Below the pieces are notes generated by a model. The model saw nothing but the letters and a program-made list of their open reading frames with translations, did not search any database and was not told the origin of the DNA. From TPA_inf: Saccharomyces (lineage: Eukaryota), in contig BK006944.2 of NCBI GenBank assembly GCA_000146045.2, forward strand, positions 128,001 to 192,000: 64,000 nucleotides of DNA. Direction: 5' to 3'. Numbering within the stretch: position 1 is the stretch's first letter; every line of letters begins with the position of its first letter. Below are positions 60,641 through 64,000 of the stretch, piece after piece. Both the position numbers and the translations under genes were made by a program.

Positions 60641-61123
60641 AGTTGAAACTGTTTTTTAAGTGCAGTGGGAAGCTGAGCAAAAAAAAAAACTAAGCTGCAG
60701 GAAGTGAGTTCGTACCCAGATAATTGGTGTATTATGACAATAAAGCTACAACAGATAACGCTTAGTCATTGGGAAAGTGTTCTTTATATCGTAGGCTTTC
60801 TTCACTGAAAAGAGCTCTTTCTGATATTACTACAAGATTTGAAACTCATAATATCATTCTGTACGCGAAAACAGTAGATGTGACAATAAGACATGAAGTA
60901 TATAAAAGAATAACAATAATTATGCTCTGTTTGTAAAGCGTTAATTAACATATGCATGTTCGTTTTTCAGGCAATATGATCGATGGTTTTCAGACCCTTT
61001 TAAATAATGGGTCTTAGTATTTATAAGATTATGCAATTTTTTTTTCTTGGTGAAAAGAATTCTTCAGCTATGAATAAACGTCGTTGGCAAATAATGGCCT
61101 CGATTAAGCACCTACTCTGTTCT

Positions 61124-63442
61124 CTAAGACTTGTGAGACTGTGCTATAAATTCCATCGCATCGCTACCGCCTTTCTCTAGCATGGGGCATTCTAAAACAT
61201 CAGCGATACATTTCCAAGGGTCTTTTAGCCCTCCCCATTTTAGTAAATGCTTTTTAAATTTATCACCATTTTTTCGACTGTACGGATCATCCTCGAAAAG
61301 GGCGTACCAGATTTTAGAAGCTATCGTCCTATCAAATAAGTAGCTGTAATAAGTTGCCCCGTATCCAAATAAATGGCCGAATCTTCCACACCAATTACTC
61401 TGATCGTCCACTAGGACCTTTAAACGTCGTTCTAGTGCTTGATAGTTTTCCACAACGTCAAAGTTATCAATATCAGAAATGATTTTTTCATCATGAAATG
61501 ATTGATCCAGCATAGCCATCTTTGCTTGAGAGTATGTTTCACAATTTTGAAGGAAGTTAGTGCTTTTCATGAAGCGCTGTAACATATCAGCCTGAATTGT
61601 TTCTCCAGTCCCGTAATGTTTGCCAATCTTTGTCAGAATTCGTATATCCTTAGCGAAGTGCTCCATCAGGATACTTGGTAACTCTACAAAATCAGTAGCA
61701 CATCTTGTACCACTTATGTTTTGCATATGAGTTCTCCCTAACATTGAGTGCATTGCATGTCCCATTTCATGGAAGAGCGTTTCAACTTCACTAAGCTGCA
61801 AAAAACAAAGACTTTTTTTAGAAGCGATTAGTATTGGAGAAAAATTACACACCAAAGAAATAACAGGTAATTGAAAGTAGGTACCGTCTGGATTCTCACC
61901 GACTTGGATGGTTGAGAAATCAGTTTCACTGGGATATATTTGCCTAGAGCAACAAACTGTGAAATGAGCCGGATTTGAAGTCTTGCCATTTCGTTCGAAT
62001 AAATCACAATAAATTATGCCGATGATTCCTTCCTCTTCAGATATCACATTCAATCTTCTCACGTCTGGGGACCATGTTTCTCCCTCATCAGTAATTGCTG
62101 GCTCTAATCTAATACCATATATTTGCTGAAACAAATCTGACAAGCCCTGAATGACATTTCCTAATGTAAAATAATAGCTTATTTCTTTGGCATTGGGAGA
62201 GTTTGACGGGTTGAGCTGGAAATATTTGCCAGTATAGTAATCCCTATCCCATGGTCTCACGAGCTTCAATATTTCGTCCGTGTTTGTAGTCAACGGCTTC
62301 TTAAGATCTTTGGCCTTGAGTTCAGCTATAAATTTCAATTCATTTGCTGTCTTCTCTATAGTATTGTTCATTAACGTCAAAATAAAATCTTGAACATCTT
62401 TCGGATTCTTTGCCATTTTACCTTCCAATTGATACTCTGCGTAACTTGTTTTGTGCATTAAATTAGCCAAGATTGCCCTTAGTTTGATTAAGTGACTCAA
62501 TCTTTTAACCTGTTTGTCAGAACAACTGTGAAGAGCGGTCCACAACTTTTTTCTTACCATCTCATTTTCACAACTTTTTAATAATGCATAAGCTGCATAC
62601 CCAAATGTAGGTACTTTATAATTTTGCCCTTTTACATCTTTATTTAATTGCTTCAATAGAAATGTACTCACTTTACTATTATCCAGATCTTTACATGGTA
62701 TCTTCACAGAATTTGAACCAGGATAGTCTGTATGGTTGATGAATTCTTGACCTACTAAACTGATTTCCTGAGATAACTGGATAAACTTTTCTCTAACATC
62801 TGGATTCATATAGATTCCTGACTTTTCAAAATCATCCAATAATATTTTACCAACTTTAAGTTCTTCTGCGCTTAACTTCGAAGACACTTCTGGATTGTTT
62901 AAAACCGACTTTAGTATGTTACATAAGGAAACATCAGTGTTCAAGACATTCATGAATTCAAACATTTGTTCATGGCAATCTTGTGCTGCCCTAACAAATG
63001 CATCATCTGGATGTGTTGACCTAATAAACTCGCACAAATCAATAACTCGACATAGCGTATCGCTTAATCTGTCCAGGTTCATAATATAGGTTAATTTACC
63101 ACTCTCGCTAAAATCATTCCTCATTTTGTCGAGAAGTTCTTGTGCTTGCTGCAAAGAAACCTGGCTAAACTTACGCAAACCATCTGGAGAAGTCAAATAA
63201 GGGTTCTTGAAAAGTCCGGTTTTATTTTTTTTAAAAAGATATTGTGAGATCTTGCTATTATTAGCATCCTGACCATTAATATTTCTCCAATATGAATTGT
63301 CGTCGAAAATCTTCTTAATGCTTCCTGGACTGGTCCTAGAGACTGCGCCGGCTGTGGCGAAGAACCTGAGTAACTTATTTTGGCGGGAAGGTGACGGTAT
63401 GGAGGCATTGGACCCGGCTTTCAATATTATCGTGCGAAGCAT
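61124..63442 (-). CDS. OCT1: Mitochondrial intermediate peptidase Oct1 (M3 thimet-oligopeptidase family), 772 aa
   Basis: The zinc motif HEMGHAMH lies in an M3-family fold. First ATG at 63440-63442 (MLRTIILKAG); the track extends 9 codons further to a GTG. Confidence 0.92.
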   Translation of the reverse strand: MLRTIILKAGSNASIPSPSRQNKLLRFFATAGAVSRTSPGSIKKIFDDNSYWRNINGQDANNSKISQYLFKKNKTGLFKNPYLTSPDGLRKFSQVSLQQAQELLDKMRNDFSESGKLTYIMNLDRLSDTLCRVIDLCEFIRSTHPDDAFVRAAQDCHEQMFEFMNVLNTDVSLCNILKSVLNNPEVSSKLSAEELKVGKILLDDFEKSGIYMNPDVREKFIQLSQEISLVGQEFINHTDYPGSNSVKIPCKDLDNSKVSTFLLKQLNKDVKGQNYKVPTFGYAAYALLKSCENEMVRKKLWTALHSCSDKQVKRLSHLIKLRAILANLMHKTSYAEYQLEGKMAKNPKDVQDFILTLMNNTIEKTANELKFIAELKAKDLKKPLTTNTDEILKLVRPWDRDYYTGKYFQLNPSNSPNAKEISYYFTLGNVIQGLSDLFQQIYGIRLEPAITDEGETWSPDVRRLNVISEEEGIIGIIYCDLFERNGKTSNPAHFTVCCSRQIYPSETDFSTIQVGENPDGTYFQLPVISLVCNFSPILIASKKSLCFLQLSEVETLFHEMGHAMHSMLGRTHMQNISGTRCATDFVELPSILMEHFAKDIRILTKIGKHYGTGETIQADMLQRFMKSTNFLQNCETYSQAKMAMLDQSFHDEKIISDIDNFDVVENYQALERRLKVLVDDQSNWCGRFGHLFGYGATYYSYLFDRTIASKIWYALFEDDPYSRKNGDKFKKHLLKWGGLKDPWKCIADVLECPMLEKGGSDAMEFIAQSHKS

Positions 63443-63678
63443 TACTGATATTACTTTCGGCGCCTTCACTTAATGTTCTGATACCTATTCCCTTACACAT
63501 TTAGTCTTTGCAAGTAAATTCATCATTTGTTTTGATTTTGACGCTATATATGTATTTTTCTCACTTTTGTTCATGAGGCGGTGACGTAAAATTCGCCATA
63601 TCCAATGAGGAATCGACATCTTTCGGCATTTCAACATATTGATGAAAATTTAGAAGAATATATATACAAATGTAAGAT

Positions 63679-64000
63679 TTATATAGGCGTACCATCAACC
63701 TTTTTAAGTTCACGTTGAGCTTCCTCAATGAGTTCATTAAATCTAATCATCTCTGAAATACGAATAGCCTTTTTAAGTTCCTTCTTAGATGCCCTCAAGC
63801 GTCCCTTATGCAAATTTATCACACCAATACCGTAGTGAGCAAGGGATAATGCCTTAAGTATTCTCTGATCCATTTCGCTTTCCATTGCAACTTTTGGATA
63901 TTGATTTTCATTGGCAAAGCTGATAATACTTTTATAGCAGTCAGCCGAGTACTGTAAGCAGGAATTCTGGTTTTCTTGTAACCTGGACCGAATAAGTTCT
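63679..64000 (-). CDS. YKL133C: C-terminal 107 codons of a minus-strand gene that continues past the right edge (YKL133C, Mgr3-like, by position)
   Basis: The reading frame has no stop from 63886 to 64000, and the stop codon is at 63679-63681. The 68-aa track ORF is only the part after an internal Met. Identity is assigned from synteny only. Confidence 0.55.
   Translation of the reverse strand, partial: ELIRSRLQENQNSCLQYSADCYKSIISFANENQYPKVAMESEMDQRILKALSLAHYGIGVINLHKGRLRASKKELKKAIRISEMIRFNELIEEAQRELKKVDGTPI

Overview
This window is a gene-dense stretch of budding-yeast nuclear chromosome. I see no prokaryotic features: no operons or CRISPR, but spliceosomal introns with GTATGT and TACTAAC signals, tRNA genes and Ty1 LTRs. 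Gene order and protein identities match Saccharomyces cerevisiae chromosome XI left arm from YKL171W (NNK1, cut by the left edge) to YKL133C (cut by the right edge). I support about 35 protein-coding genes, two tRNAs (Glu-UUC and Arg-UCU) each with a Ty1-type delta LTR in its upstream zone, and two intron-containing genes (APE2 and RPS27A). There is a head-to-head PIR1/PIR3 cell-wall gene pair with internal 54-57 bp tandem repeats. A decayed third PIR-family copy downstream of PIR3 looks like a relic of the ohnolog of PIR5. Coordinates for coding sequences were anchored on the supplied ORF track. That track uses TTG, GTG and CTG as 'M', so several track ORFs are longer than the real genes, and I trimmed them to the first ATG where the protein was recognisable. 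Coordinates for non-ORF features (LTRs, promoter motifs, microsatellites) were counted by eye and are good to about ±2 nt. I do not see convincing evidence for a novel biological system. The PIR relic, APE2 3' splice-site choice, two long unannotated intergenic regions and a GC-rich island upstream of SDH1 are the items most worth a second look.
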